A DNA stretch of 64,000 bases from Bacteroidetes bacterium GWF2_33_16 (GCA_001768565.1 MEOE01000011.1:140803-204802), one strand, 5' to 3'; positions 1 through 9,678 are shown, numbered from the stretch's first letter. The notes: generated from the sequence alone by a model not told the origin. A program made the numbers and translations.

Positions 1-1
1 T

Positions 2-1621
2 ATAGAAGATGTTCACCTAAAATCTCATTTATTGCAGGAACAGGAATCACCTGGAGATGAAAAGGTGGTTGATTTTCTTTATATTATTGGATTTTTTATC
101 CTGATAATAGCATGGGTTAATTATATTAATTTAACCACTTCACGATCAATGGAACGTGCACGAGAAGTAGGTGTTCGTAAAGTTGTTGGTGCATTGAAAC
201 ACAATCTGGTAAAACAGTTTTATACCGAATCTATTCTAATAAACTTTGTAGGATTAATGATTGCATTGGGATTAATGGAGGTACTTAAACCCGGATTTTG
301 CAGTCTAACTGGTATTCCATCAGATTATAAGTTTTGGAGCCAGTCATGGTTTATTTTATTTGTTATTGGTACCTATATTTTTGGAACATTTATCACCGGA
401 ATGTATCCCGTATTTGCATTAACATCATTTAAACCAGTACAAGTTCTTAAAGGAAAACTTATTGAGGCTACTCGTGGATTTAATTTAAGAAAAGCACTTG
501 TTGTTTTTCAGCTGGCAATTTCCATTATATTAATTACAGGAACTTTCGCTGTTTTCAGTCAAATGAAATTCTTAAAGAATAAAAATCTTGGTTTTAATAT
601 TGAGCAAACACTTGTAATAAATTACCCTAAAGCGATTGATTCAACATTTGTTATGAGGCAACGAACATTTAAGGAGGAAGTGTCAAGTTTTGCAGGAGTT
701 AAAAGTGTTGCCTATTCGTCGGAGGTGCCTGGACGAAAAATATATTGGGATAATGGAGCCATTTATAAAGTTGGTAACGATCCCACTTCGGGGAAAAATT
801 TTATGATAATGGGAGTTGATGATAAGTTTTTTTCTCAATATGAAATGAAATTTGTGTTAGGTAGAAATTTTTCTAACGATTTTCCTACAGATAAACAAGC
901 AGTAATTTTAAATGAAAAAGCAGTACAATGGTTAGAGTTTTCAAGCCCAAAGGAAGCTCTAAATAATCAGATAAATTATTGGGATAATATTTATACAGTT
1001 ATAGGTATAATAAAAGATTATCATCATGAATCTCCAAAAGCACTTTTCGAGCCACAGATTTTTCGTTTTTTGCCTGATGATACCCGAGGTTGCTTTTCCA
1101 TAAAACTTTCATCTGAATCAATTAGTACTGATGTAAAATTTATAGAGAATAAATGGAATCAGCTTTTTCCGGGCAATCCATTTAACTATTTTTTTCTTGA
1201 TGTATATTATAATGAGCAGTTTAAAGCAGATCAAAAGTTTGGCAATGTTTTTGGAATTTTTGCTTTTATGGCAGTTTTTATTACATGTTTAGGTTTATTT
1301 GGATTGTCGCTATATAGTGCTAACCTTAAAAGAAAAGAAATAGGTATTCGAAAGGTAATGGGAGCAAAGGTCTCGAATATTCTAATTCAATTCTATAAGG
1401 AATATTTATACCTTATTATTATTGCACTATTCTTCTCAATCCCTTTACTTATTTGGGGAATTAATTATTGGCTAAATAATTTTTCTTTAAAAATGACAAT
1501 CACAGTTTGGTTATTCATTTTACCGGTGTTTGTTGTAATACTTATTACAATTTTATCAATAAGTGCACAAACAATAAGGGCTGCAAGATTAAACCCGGTT
1601 GATACTCTCAAGTACGAATAA
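2..1621 (+). CDS. ABC transporter permease, FtsX/MacB family (C-terminal portion; 5' end outside window)
   Basis: The frame is open from base 2, so the TTG at 32 in the ORF track is not the real start. The product has an extracytoplasmic segment followed by a C-terminal FtsX-type helix bundle (FGIFAFMAVFITCLGLFGL, KEIGIRKVMGA, LFILPVFVVILITILSI), as in the duplicated MacB-like permeases common in Bacteroidota. Confidence 0.8.
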   Translation: MEDVHLKSHLLQEQESPGDEKVVDFLYIIGFFILIIAWVNYINLTTSRSMERAREVGVRKVVGALKHNLVKQFYTESILINFVGLMIALGLMEVLKPGFCSLTGIPSDYKFWSQSWFILFVIGTYIFGTFITGMYPVFALTSFKPVQVLKGKLIEATRGFNLRKALVVFQLAISIILITGTFAVFSQMKFLKNKNLGFNIEQTLVINYPKAIDSTFVMRQRTFKEEVSSFAGVKSVAYSSEVPGRKIYWDNGAIYKVGNDPTSGKNFMIMGVDDKFFSQYEMKFVLGRNFSNDFPTDKQAVILNEKAVQWLEFSSPKEALNNQINYWDNIYTVIGIIKDYHHESPKALFEPQIFRFLPDDTRGCFSIKLSSESISTDVKFIENKWNQLFPGNPFNYFFLDVYYNEQFKADQKFGNVFGIFAFMAVFITCLGLFGLSLYSANLKRKEIGIRKVMGAKVSNILIQFYKEYLYLIIIALFFSIPLLIWGINYWLNNFSLKMTITVWLFILPVFVVILITILSISAQTIRAARLNPVDTLKYE

Positions 1622-1642
1622 AAATAATAAATTGAAAAGTAG

Positions 1643-1673
1643 ATGCTGATATTGGTTTATCAGCATTTTTTTT
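1643..1673 (+). terminator. rho-independent terminator of the permease gene
   Basis: 9-bp stem ATGCTGATA / TATCAGCAT (1643-1651, 1658-1666) with a 6-nt loop, then T7 (1667-1673). It begins 22 nt after the stop codon. Confidence 0.7.
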
Positions 1674-1699
1674 GCGATCTTGAAGAAAAATTAAAAGCA

Positions 1700-2278
1700 T
1701 TGGATAAATATCTGAATTTAATTAAGTTTATTTCGCAATATGTTGATTTTAATGAAGATGATCTAAAATCAATATATACAAAAGTTAAGCTGATTCAACT
1801 TAAGAAAAATCAAATTTTTATTAATGAAGGTGATATTGCTGATAAAATAGCATTTACAAACAATGGCTATTTGCGTATTTATTATAATTTTGATGGTGAA
1901 GAAATTACCCGCGATATAACTCCATTGCACTCATTTGCAACGGCTTTGCCGAGCTTTATAACCCAAAAACCATCGTTCGAAGTTATTTCTGCAATTACCG
2001 ATTGTGAGCTTATAACTATTCATCGTGATGATCTCGAATTTTTATACTTAAATTATCCGAAGTGGGAACGATTAGGCAGAAGAATAATAGAAGATATGTT
2101 TGTTGAATCGCAGCGACGTATATATTCTTTTATTACAGAAACAGCCGAAACACGATATAAAAAACTTTTAAAGCAATATCCCGAAATGATTCATGATGTT
2201 CCTTTAAAATATATTGCCGATTTCTTAGGAATTAAATTACAATCATTGAGTAGATTACGAAAAACTATAGATTGGTAA
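1700..2278 (+). CDS. Crp/Fnr-family transcriptional regulator (cNMP-binding-type effector domain + C-terminal HTH)
   Basis: ORF 1643-2278. Effector-domain pattern (KKNQIFINEGDIADKIAFTNNGYLRIYY, GEEITRDI) and C-terminal HTH (PLKYIADFLGIKLQSLSRLRK). The first codons of the listed ORF are the terminator hairpin of the upstream gene, so I place the start at the in-frame TTG at 1700. The start is uncertain. Confidence 0.75.
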   Translation: MDKYLNLIKFISQYVDFNEDDLKSIYTKVKLIQLKKNQIFINEGDIADKIAFTNNGYLRIYYNFDGEEITRDITPLHSFATALPSFITQKPSFEVISAITDCELITIHRDDLEFLYLNYPKWERLGRRIIEDMFVESQRRIYSFITETAETRYKKLLKQYPEMIHDVPLKYIADFLGIKLQSLSRLRKTIDW

Positions 2279-2290
2279 ACGAGTGCTATT

Positions 2291-2308
2291 ATTTAACAAT
2301 TGTTAAAT
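2291..2308. promoter_or_regulatory. perfect 18-bp palindrome ATTTAACAATTGTTAAAT (TTAAC-N4-GTTAA), candidate operator in front of the glpD-like operon
   Basis: Read directly; self-complementary over all 18 nt. An identical half-site ATTTAACAA recurs at 2347-2355, ending 10 nt before the ATG at 2366. Confidence 0.4.
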
Positions 2309-2365
2309 GGTTTTGCTTTTATTTTTCGGAAATTTGAATAAATATCATTTAACAACATCTGTATT

Positions 2366-3997
2366 ATGAAACGATTATTTGACGAACCAATTGAAAACCA
2401 TTATGATGTAATTGTAATTGGGGGTGGAATCACAGGTGTGTGTGTTGCTTACGAAGCAGCTACACGCGGACTAAAGGTTGCATTATTTGAAAAGGGAGAT
2501 TATGGCCAGGCAACTTCCGCTGCAACATCAAAGCTAATACATGGTGGACTTCGTTATTTAAAAAACTTCGAATATGGATTGGTGCGAGAATCATTAACAG
2601 AACGAAAAGTCTGGGAAAACATAGCTCCGAATTTTGTTTATCCAATTCCATTTATGGTGCCTACCTATAGTAACCTGCGGAATAATAAAGTTGTATTATT
2701 TATAGGTATGGTTTTATATGATTTGCTTTCGCTCGACAAAGCATGGACCTGGGATAAATCAAAAAAGTTGCCACTTCATAAAACAATTGGTGCAAGCCAA
2801 ACACTAAAATTAGAAACTTGTGTTCCTAATAAAAACCTTACGGGTTCTAGTATTTATTATGATTGTCAGAACATCAATCCTGAAAGGTTAACACTTGGCG
2901 TTTTAAAATCAGCCATGGCACTCGGAGCAAAATCCGCCAATTATGCAAAAGTAAAATCGTTTGCTGTTAAAAGTAATAAGGTTAGTGGTGTAAATGTAAT
3001 AGATTTACTTACACAAGAGGAACATAGCTTTGCTGCTGACTTAACTATTAATTGCTCAGGTCCTTGGGCCGATATTGTTTTAAAATCAGCTAATTCCGAT
3101 ATTAAAAACGAACATCATATTCGTCGCTCAGAAGGAATACATATAATTACCAAAAAGCTTTGTTATAAGCACGCAATTACAATAATGACAAAAGATGGCC
3201 GTCATGTTATGCTTATGCCATGGAGGAATCATACACTTATTGGTACAACAGATAAACCATATTTTGGAAGTCCCGATGATTATAGTGTTACAAAGGAAAG
3301 TATTCAAGACTTGATCGATGAGATTAACGAAAACTATGGATTTGAGAAACTCAAATATAGCGATGTTCAGTTCGCGTATGGTGGATTACGCCCTTTGGTA
3401 GACGATCAAACCAAAGAGTCTTATGAAACATCGCGTAAGTATGAAATATTCGATAATGTTAAAGAGGGCCTTGATGGTTTAATTACTGTAGAAGGAGGTA
3501 AGTATACAACAAGCAGAAAACTAGCAAGCCAGACACTAAGGGTCGTTTCAAAAAAGCTTAATAGAAACCTGGGCTTATCAATAACAGATAAAAAATACCT
3601 CGTAGATTCTGATATTAAAAGTATGGAGAGTTTTATTAAACAACTGGTATTACGATATCCTCAATTTTCGGAAGCAACTATAAACTATTTAGGACGTAAT
3701 TATGGGCTTCAGTGTCATACAATATTGCGATTAGCAATTTATGATAAGCCATTGGCAAAGGTTTTGAATGATGATGGTGAAATACTTGCCGAAGTAGTTT
3801 ATGCAATTAAAAAAGAAATGGCATATACTTTATCCGACATATTTTTTAGGAGAACAGGTTTGGGAACGCTGGGATTTCCAAGTGAAGAAACTTTTAAGGT
3901 TGTTGTAAAAACAGCCAAAGAACTACTGAAATGGGATGATGCCAGAACGCAAGAAGAAATTGATAAAGTAATGAAAATCTTTAATTTGCCTAAGTAA
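2366..3997 (+). CDS. glpD: FAD-dependent glycerol-3-phosphate dehydrogenase/oxidase
   Basis: N-terminal dinucleotide fold DVIVIGGGITGVCVAYEAATRG and the GlpD-type motif ATSKLIHGGLRYL. Length 543 aa. Confidence 0.8.
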   Translation: MKRLFDEPIENHYDVIVIGGGITGVCVAYEAATRGLKVALFEKGDYGQATSAATSKLIHGGLRYLKNFEYGLVRESLTERKVWENIAPNFVYPIPFMVPTYSNLRNNKVVLFIGMVLYDLLSLDKAWTWDKSKKLPLHKTIGASQTLKLETCVPNKNLTGSSIYYDCQNINPERLTLGVLKSAMALGAKSANYAKVKSFAVKSNKVSGVNVIDLLTQEEHSFAADLTINCSGPWADIVLKSANSDIKNEHHIRRSEGIHIITKKLCYKHAITIMTKDGRHVMLMPWRNHTLIGTTDKPYFGSPDDYSVTKESIQDLIDEINENYGFEKLKYSDVQFAYGGLRPLVDDQTKESYETSRKYEIFDNVKEGLDGLITVEGGKYTTSRKLASQTLRVVSKKLNRNLGLSITDKKYLVDSDIKSMESFIKQLVLRYPQFSEATINYLGRNYGLQCHTILRLAIYDKPLAKVLNDDGEILAEVVYAIKKEMAYTLSDIFFRRTGLGTLGFPSEETFKVVVKTAKELLKWDDARTQEEIDKVMKIFNLPK

Positions 3998-4019
3998 ATT
4001 TATGTAATTGGAAGAATCG

Positions 4020-4078
4020 GTAAGAAGTAAGAAGTAAGGAGTTTTCAATAAACCAATAAACTAAAAAACCAGTAAACC
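4020..4078. repeat. two adjacent microsatellite-like arrays: (GTAAGAA)x3 then (ANTAAACC)x4
   Basis: GTAAGAA GTAAGAA GTAAGGA at 4020-4040. AATAAACC AATAAACT AAAAAACC AGTAAACC at 4047-4078. They lie inside the 90-nt spacer between the glpD-like gene and the next gene. Confidence 0.8.
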
Positions 4079-4087
4079 TTTAGAATA

Positions 4088-5719
4088 ATGAACACATACC
4101 GTGATATATTCAAATGGGGCGATAAACGTGAAGCAACTATTGATGAAGGGACATTAAGAGTTCTTCAGAATGCATTTGGATTTACTGATGAAAACTTTCA
4201 GAATAAATATTTAGTTGGTGACCAGGAAATTAAGCTTGATAATAAATGCAAACTTGATCAAAAAATAGTAGATCAGTTTAAAGAAATTGTGGGAGAAGAA
4301 AATTGCAAAACCGACGACTATTCAAGAGCTTCGCATTCATATGGAAAATTTTATGCAGATTTGGTTAAGCTTAGAAAAGGCCTAATTTCAACTCCACCTG
4401 ATTTGGTAATCTATCCAAGAAATGAAGAAGATATTATTCAGATAATTAAAATTTGTAATACCTATAAAATAGCAGTTACACCTTTTGGTGGTCATTCATC
4501 GGTTACACGCAGTGTTGAAACACCAAACGGAGGCCTAAGCCTTGATTTAACAAAACATCTAAATAAAATCATTGAGGTAAATGAAATAAACTCAACTGTA
4601 ACTGTTCAGTCGGGTATGTATGGACCAGCATTCGAAGATTATCTGAATAATTATAAGGACAAATATACCTGTGGTCATTTTCCACAATCATTTGAGTATT
4701 CAACAGTCGGTGGATGGGTAGCTGCAAAAGGAGCAGGACAGGCTTCGACAGGCTATGGTAAGATTGAACAAATGGTTTTATCTTTAAAAGTTGTAACTCC
4801 TGCAGGGATTATTGAAACAAAGACATATCCTGCAAGTGCACAAGGATGGGATTTGTATCCAATTTTCATAGGCTCTGAAGGTACACTTGGAGTAATTACG
4901 CAGGTTACTATGAAAATTCATAAATTCAGACCTGCTCAAACAAAGTATGCATCGTTTATTTTTAAAAACTTTGATTCTGCGGTAGCTGCTATGCGCACTG
5001 TAATGCAAAGTGGGATAGGAGTTCCTCATTTATTTCGTATTTCAGATCCTGAAGAAACTGATATCGCTTTTAAAACTAAAGACTTCGAAGGAACAATTGC
5101 CAATAAGTTTTTAAATACCTTGGGATATAAATCAGCTAATCGTTGTTTAATGTTTGTTTCTGTTGATGGTGATAAAGCTTATACAAATCAGGTAATTTCA
5201 TCTATAAAAAATATAGTTAAAAAATTCGATGCTTTTTCTCTTGGTGCCAGTCCAACAAAAAAATGGCTCGAACAAAGATACTCAAGTGCATATCTAAGAG
5301 ATCCCTTGATGGATTTAGGAATAATGACCGATACTCTTGAAACAGCTGTAATGTGGGATAACCTAATTCCTTTATGGAATGCCGTGAGAACGTATCTTAA
5401 AAGTAGAGAAAAAACTGTTGCAATGGTTCATATTTCGCATGTTTACGAAAATGGAGCAAACCTGTATTTTACGTACCTAAGTCCAATGAAAAAAGGTGAT
5501 GAATTAACAGATTATGAAAATTTTCATAAAGGTTTGGTCGATACCATTCATACTAACAAGGGCTCATTATCTCATCATCATGGGATTGGTCGGTCACTTG
5601 CTCCCTGGATGCAACAAGAGCTTGGCAAAAATACTTTAGACTTAATGCAGGCTATTAAAAATCAACTAGATCCAAACGGAATAATGAATCCCGGAAATAC
5701 CTTGGGATTAAAACCTTAA
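4088..5719 (+). CDS. FAD-linked oxidase (VAO/PCMH fold), alkyl-dihydroxyacetonephosphate synthase (AGPS)-like
   Basis: N-terminal extension with FKWGDKRE, an FAD-binding domain (VIYPRNEEDIIQIIKICNTYKIAVTPFGGHSS) and a C-terminal triple-His loop LSHHHGIGRS. Confidence 0.65.
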   Translation: MNTYRDIFKWGDKREATIDEGTLRVLQNAFGFTDENFQNKYLVGDQEIKLDNKCKLDQKIVDQFKEIVGEENCKTDDYSRASHSYGKFYADLVKLRKGLISTPPDLVIYPRNEEDIIQIIKICNTYKIAVTPFGGHSSVTRSVETPNGGLSLDLTKHLNKIIEVNEINSTVTVQSGMYGPAFEDYLNNYKDKYTCGHFPQSFEYSTVGGWVAAKGAGQASTGYGKIEQMVLSLKVVTPAGIIETKTYPASAQGWDLYPIFIGSEGTLGVITQVTMKIHKFRPAQTKYASFIFKNFDSAVAAMRTVMQSGIGVPHLFRISDPEETDIAFKTKDFEGTIANKFLNTLGYKSANRCLMFVSVDGDKAYTNQVISSIKNIVKKFDAFSLGASPTKKWLEQRYSSAYLRDPLMDLGIMTDTLETAVMWDNLIPLWNAVRTYLKSREKTVAMVHISHVYENGANLYFTYLSPMKKGDELTDYENFHKGLVDTIHTNKGSLSHHHGIGRSLAPWMQQELGKNTLDLMQAIKNQLDPNGIMNPGNTLGLKP

Positions 5720-5728
5720 AAGAAATTC

Positions 5729-7300
5729 ATGAGCGAAAAGAATCAATATGTGGTTGTTATTGATGCAGGAACACAATCTGTTCGGGCAGTATTAATTGAT
5801 TTAAAGGGGAATATTTGTGAAATAGAACGTACCGAAATTGAACCTTATTTTTCGGAAGAACCTGGTTTTGCTGAGCAAGATACTGAATATCTTTGGGATA
5901 TATTGTGTCAAACTACACAACGTTTAATTAAAAATACATCTGTAAATATTTCTGAAATTAAGGGATTATCCATAACAACCCAGCGCGGAACTATTGTTAA
6001 CCTTGATAAGGATGGCAAACCTTTACGTCCTGCAATAATATGGCTTGATCAGCGAAAAGCAAAACTTCATAACTGGCCAAAAGGATTAATAAAAAAGGGA
6101 TTACAACTAATTAATATGTATGAATCTCTTGCTCATGCAATTAAAGATGGCGAATCAAACTGGATAAAACAAAACCAACCTGAAATTTGGGCCAAAACTC
6201 ATAAATACATGTTCCTCTCAGGTTTCTTTATTCATCGGCTTGTTGGGAAATATATTGACTCTATTGGAAGCACGGTAGGTTATATTCCATTTGATTATAA
6301 GAAACACCGCTGGTCAAAAAAAGGGGAAATAAATGCAAATCTGTTTCCAATCGAACCTGAAAAGCTAGTCGATCTGGCAAAACCTTCAGATTTAATAGGA
6401 CATATTACTCATAAAGCTGCTGAACAAACCGGATTACCAGAAGGGTTACCGGTTATTGCTGCAGCTGCCGACAAAGCTTGCGAAGTACTTGGTTCTGGTT
6501 GTAGTACTCCTGATATTGCCTGTTTAAGTTACGGAACAACAGCAACAATTGAGACAGTAAATAATAAATATGTTGAAGTTATTAAGTTTTTCCCCTCATA
6601 TCCAAGCGCCATTCCAAATCATTATAATACCGAAGTGATGATTTACCGAGGCTATTGGATGATAAAATGGTTCAAACAGGAGTTCGGTCACAAAGAGGTT
6701 GAACTATCAAAACTAACTGGCAAGTCACCCGAAGAACTTTTTGATGATATGATTAAAGATATTCAGCCCGGTTCAATGGGATTAACTCTTCAACCTTTCT
6801 GGTCGCCTGGAGTTAAAATACCAGGTATAGAAGCCAAAGGTGCTGTAATTGGCTTTGGTGATGTTCACACACGAGCTCATTTGTATCGATCAATTCTTGA
6901 AGGTATTACCTATGCTCTTAAAGATGGAGCACAGCGAACAGAAAAAAGGACAGGAGTAAAAATTCAGAAGTTACGTGTTTCTGGTGGTGGATCCCAAAGT
7001 AGGAATGCTCTGCAGATGACCGCTGATATTTTCAATATGCCTGTTGAGAAACCTCATACTTACGAAACATCGGCACTTGGGGCTGCAATAAATTGTGTTG
7101 TTGGCTTAAAACTTTATCCTGATTTTAATACAGCTATAAAGAATATGTGCCGAATTGATGAAGTCTATAATCCAATTCTGGAAAATACCAAAACTTATCA
7201 GGAGTTATTCAATAAAGTATATCTAAAGATGTATAATCAATTAAGGCCACTATACCATGATATCAGAGATATAACTAATTATCCAAAAAAAGAATTATAA
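5729..7300 (+). CDS. FGGY-family carbohydrate/glycerol kinase
   Basis: N-terminal VVVIDAGTQSVRAVLID and C-terminal LRVSGGGSQSRNALQMTADIFNMPVEKPHTYETSALGAAI, both typical of FGGY kinases. It starts 9 nt after the previous stop. Confidence 0.8.
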   Translation: MSEKNQYVVVIDAGTQSVRAVLIDLKGNICEIERTEIEPYFSEEPGFAEQDTEYLWDILCQTTQRLIKNTSVNISEIKGLSITTQRGTIVNLDKDGKPLRPAIIWLDQRKAKLHNWPKGLIKKGLQLINMYESLAHAIKDGESNWIKQNQPEIWAKTHKYMFLSGFFIHRLVGKYIDSIGSTVGYIPFDYKKHRWSKKGEINANLFPIEPEKLVDLAKPSDLIGHITHKAAEQTGLPEGLPVIAAAADKACEVLGSGCSTPDIACLSYGTTATIETVNNKYVEVIKFFPSYPSAIPNHYNTEVMIYRGYWMIKWFKQEFGHKEVELSKLTGKSPEELFDDMIKDIQPGSMGLTLQPFWSPGVKIPGIEAKGAVIGFGDVHTRAHLYRSILEGITYALKDGAQRTEKRTGVKIQKLRVSGGGSQSRNALQMTADIFNMPVEKPHTYETSALGAAINCVVGLKLYPDFNTAIKNMCRIDEVYNPILENTKTYQELFNKVYLKMYNQLRPLYHDIRDITNYPKKEL

Positions 7301-7316
7301 AACGAGATTAAAACAC

Positions 7317-7694
7317 TTATTTCTTATCTATAATATCTCTGCCAAAAGGAGTTAGGGCTAAGGCTGCAAGTTTGAAATGTTGCAACCCAAATGGGATTCC
7401 AATGATTGTAATCAATAATATTAACCCAAATACTAGATGAGTTAATGCTATCCAAATTCCGCCAAATAGAATCCAGATTATATTAAATAAAATATAAAGA
7501 CAACCACCCGAACGCGAGCTTTGTACTGTAGTTTTGCCAAAAGGCCAGAGTGCCAGAATTCCAAGTTTTATTGTTTGTATACCGAAAGGAATTCCTACAA
7601 TAGTAATAATCATTATAAAACTACCAATGAAATATTCAATGGCTATTATTATGCCACCAAAAACCAACCAGATAACATTTCCAATTAAATTCAT
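7317..7694 (-). CDS. YccF-family inner membrane protein (two DUF307-type repeats)
   Basis: Internal duplication: GNVIWLVFGGIIIAIEYF..IVGIPFGIQTIKLGILALWPFG and FNIIWILFGGIWIALTHL..IIGIPFGLQHFKLAALALTPFG. I take the start at Met17 (7694) to avoid overlap with the symporter stop at 7708; Met10 (7715) is also possible. Confidence 0.75.
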   Translation of the reverse strand: MNLIGNVIWLVFGGIIIAIEYFIGSFIMIITIVGIPFGIQTIKLGILALWPFGKTTVQSSRSGGCLYILFNIIWILFGGIWIALTHLVFGLILLITIIGIPFGLQHFKLAALALTPFGRDIIDKK

Positions 7695-7707
7695 ATACGA
7701 TTTTTTA

Positions 7708-8919
7708 TTAAACATTAAGTATTTCACCTTCACTTTTAGCAATTATAACTGCTCCACAACTATCGCTCCATACATTGGTTGCCGTTCTGAACATATCCAG
7801 AATTCTATCAATAGGAAGTATTAATGCCATATACTCAATAGGCAATCCTAATACTTCAAGAATAATCGTAATCATAACCAGACTCGCCATAGGAACAGCG
7901 GCAGTACCTATGCTTGAAAATACAGCAATAATAAGAAGTATTATTTGTTCTTTTAATCCCATATCAACTCCTTTTGCCTGGGCAATAAACATAACAACTG
8001 CAGCAATATAAATTGAAGTTCCATCCATATTAACAGTTGCTCCAAGAGGTAAAGTAAAATTTGTAATTTTATAGGAAACTCCCGATTTTTCATGTGTTTC
8101 TTTCATATTTAGTGGCAATGCTGCCGCTGAGGAAGCAGTTGAGAATGCAGTAATTAGAGTAGTTTTTACATTGTTTAGATGTTTAAATGGCTTTGCTTTA
8201 CCAATTATTTTTGTTAATAAAGGTAATGTAATCAATGCATGAATAAGAATAGCTGCAATTACTGTAAGCATAAATGAGCCTAATTTAATTACCATATTCC
8301 CAAAATCATTCTGTTCAGCAACTACCTTTACTATTAAACCAAATATACCAAATGGAGCAAGCTTAATAATAAGCATTGTCATTTTCATAAATAACTCAAA
8401 ACTAGCATTGAAAAAGTCAGTTAAGGTTACTTTATACTTAGTATCAATCCTTCCAATAAATATGCCGGCAATAATGGCAAAGAAGATGACAGATAGAAAT
8501 TCATTATTCGCCATCGAATAAAATATATTCTGAGGAACAATCTGAATAAGTAAATCAGATATACTCTGTTTATTAATATTTATTGATTCATGAACTGGTA
8601 TTGATGATATATCCATTCCAACACCTGGTTTTATTAGGTTTACTAAAAGCAAACCAACAATAATAGCCAAAACAGTGGTTGTAAGGTAATAAGCTAATGT
8701 TTTTAATCCAAGTCGGCTGAAATTGCTATCACTACCCATATTTGCTACTCCGGATATAATTGAGCTTAATATGAGTGGAATAACAATCATTTTTAACAGA
8801 CGTAGGAAAATATCACCCATCCATGAGAAATAAATAACATAATCCTTTAAAAATATACCAACTAGTATTGCTAGTATAAAGGCAATTAATATTTGCCAAT
8901 GCAATGCAATCTTCTTCAT
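7708..8919 (-). CDS. dicarboxylate/amino acid:cation symporter (DAACS / GltP family)
   Basis: 403 aa, multi-helix. The N-terminus (HWQILIAFILAILVGIFL ... FLRLLKMIVIPLILSSIISGV) and GATVNMDGTSIY-type motif are typical of the sodium:dicarboxylate symporter family. Confidence 0.8.
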   Translation of the reverse strand: MKKIALHWQILIAFILAILVGIFLKDYVIYFSWMGDIFLRLLKMIVIPLILSSIISGVANMGSDSNFSRLGLKTLAYYLTTTVLAIIVGLLLVNLIKPGVGMDISSIPVHESININKQSISDLLIQIVPQNIFYSMANNEFLSVIFFAIIAGIFIGRIDTKYKVTLTDFFNASFELFMKMTMLIIKLAPFGIFGLIVKVVAEQNDFGNMVIKLGSFMLTVIAAILIHALITLPLLTKIIGKAKPFKHLNNVKTTLITAFSTASSAAALPLNMKETHEKSGVSYKITNFTLPLGATVNMDGTSIYIAAVVMFIAQAKGVDMGLKEQIILLIIAVFSSIGTAAVPMASLVMITIILEVLGLPIEYMALILPIDRILDMFRTATNVWSDSCGAVIIAKSEGEILNV

Positions 8920-9110
8920 TTTAGTAGAATTAAAATCAACGGCTAAATGTAATAAATTGGTAGTATAAAATAATAATGAATAGGAGATAAGTTCATTTTT
9001 TTTCCTTTATCAGATTTAATTATCCTGTAAAATGATATGTAAATAATTCAAATATTCAATTCTGGACTAGTTAACGAAAAGGCACTTAAAAATTAGTATA
9101 AAATAAGCAA

Positions 9111-9126
9111 ATTCACATATGTGAAT
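9111..9126. promoter_or_regulatory. perfect 16-bp palindrome ATTCACATATGTGAAT
   Basis: Read directly. It belongs to the TYACAWWTGTRA motif family that recurs in this intergenic region. Confidence 0.4.
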
Positions 9127-9678
9127 TACATCTGACAATAAATATATGTAAAAACTATGACTAAAGTCACATATGTAATACCGAATATGTAACATTGTTT
9201 TACAAAACCTCAACTCCAATTTACATTCTATCGAATACATATTCTAAGATTATTTTGTAATCATATAATCAATTACTTACATAATCTTATTAATGTAAAA
9301 AATGCAATATTTAAGAGATTTGTGTCGTTTTACAGCTTTTTAGCTATAATTTAGGCTTCTAAATAATTAATAACCAGTTATTAAACTATTAATAAGAAGC
9401 ATGATAGTATTTCCCCGATTTAAGCCCATATTAGGCCTTAATAATAACTTATACTTAGTCTAATCAAATAGTATTTAATCTACATTTAACAAAAAAGCAA
9501 TAGCTTATACCCTATATTATTTCTTATTTAAGGATACTTTATTAATACATGACTCATTTACATTTTAATTCCTTATTGTTTATAAATATTTTATCATAAA
9601 ATATATTATTATAGGAATAATAAGTTGATTGATTTTAAAAATCACATTTCTCATAAATATCAAAAGACTAAGCAAAAA

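Noticed and set aside
1643-1699. N-terminal 19 codons of the listed Crp/Fnr ORF (ATG at 1643)
   Set aside because: This stretch is exactly the stem-loop and T-run of the upstream gene's terminator. A start inside a terminator is unlikely, so I moved the start to TTG 1700. The reassignment is itself uncertain.
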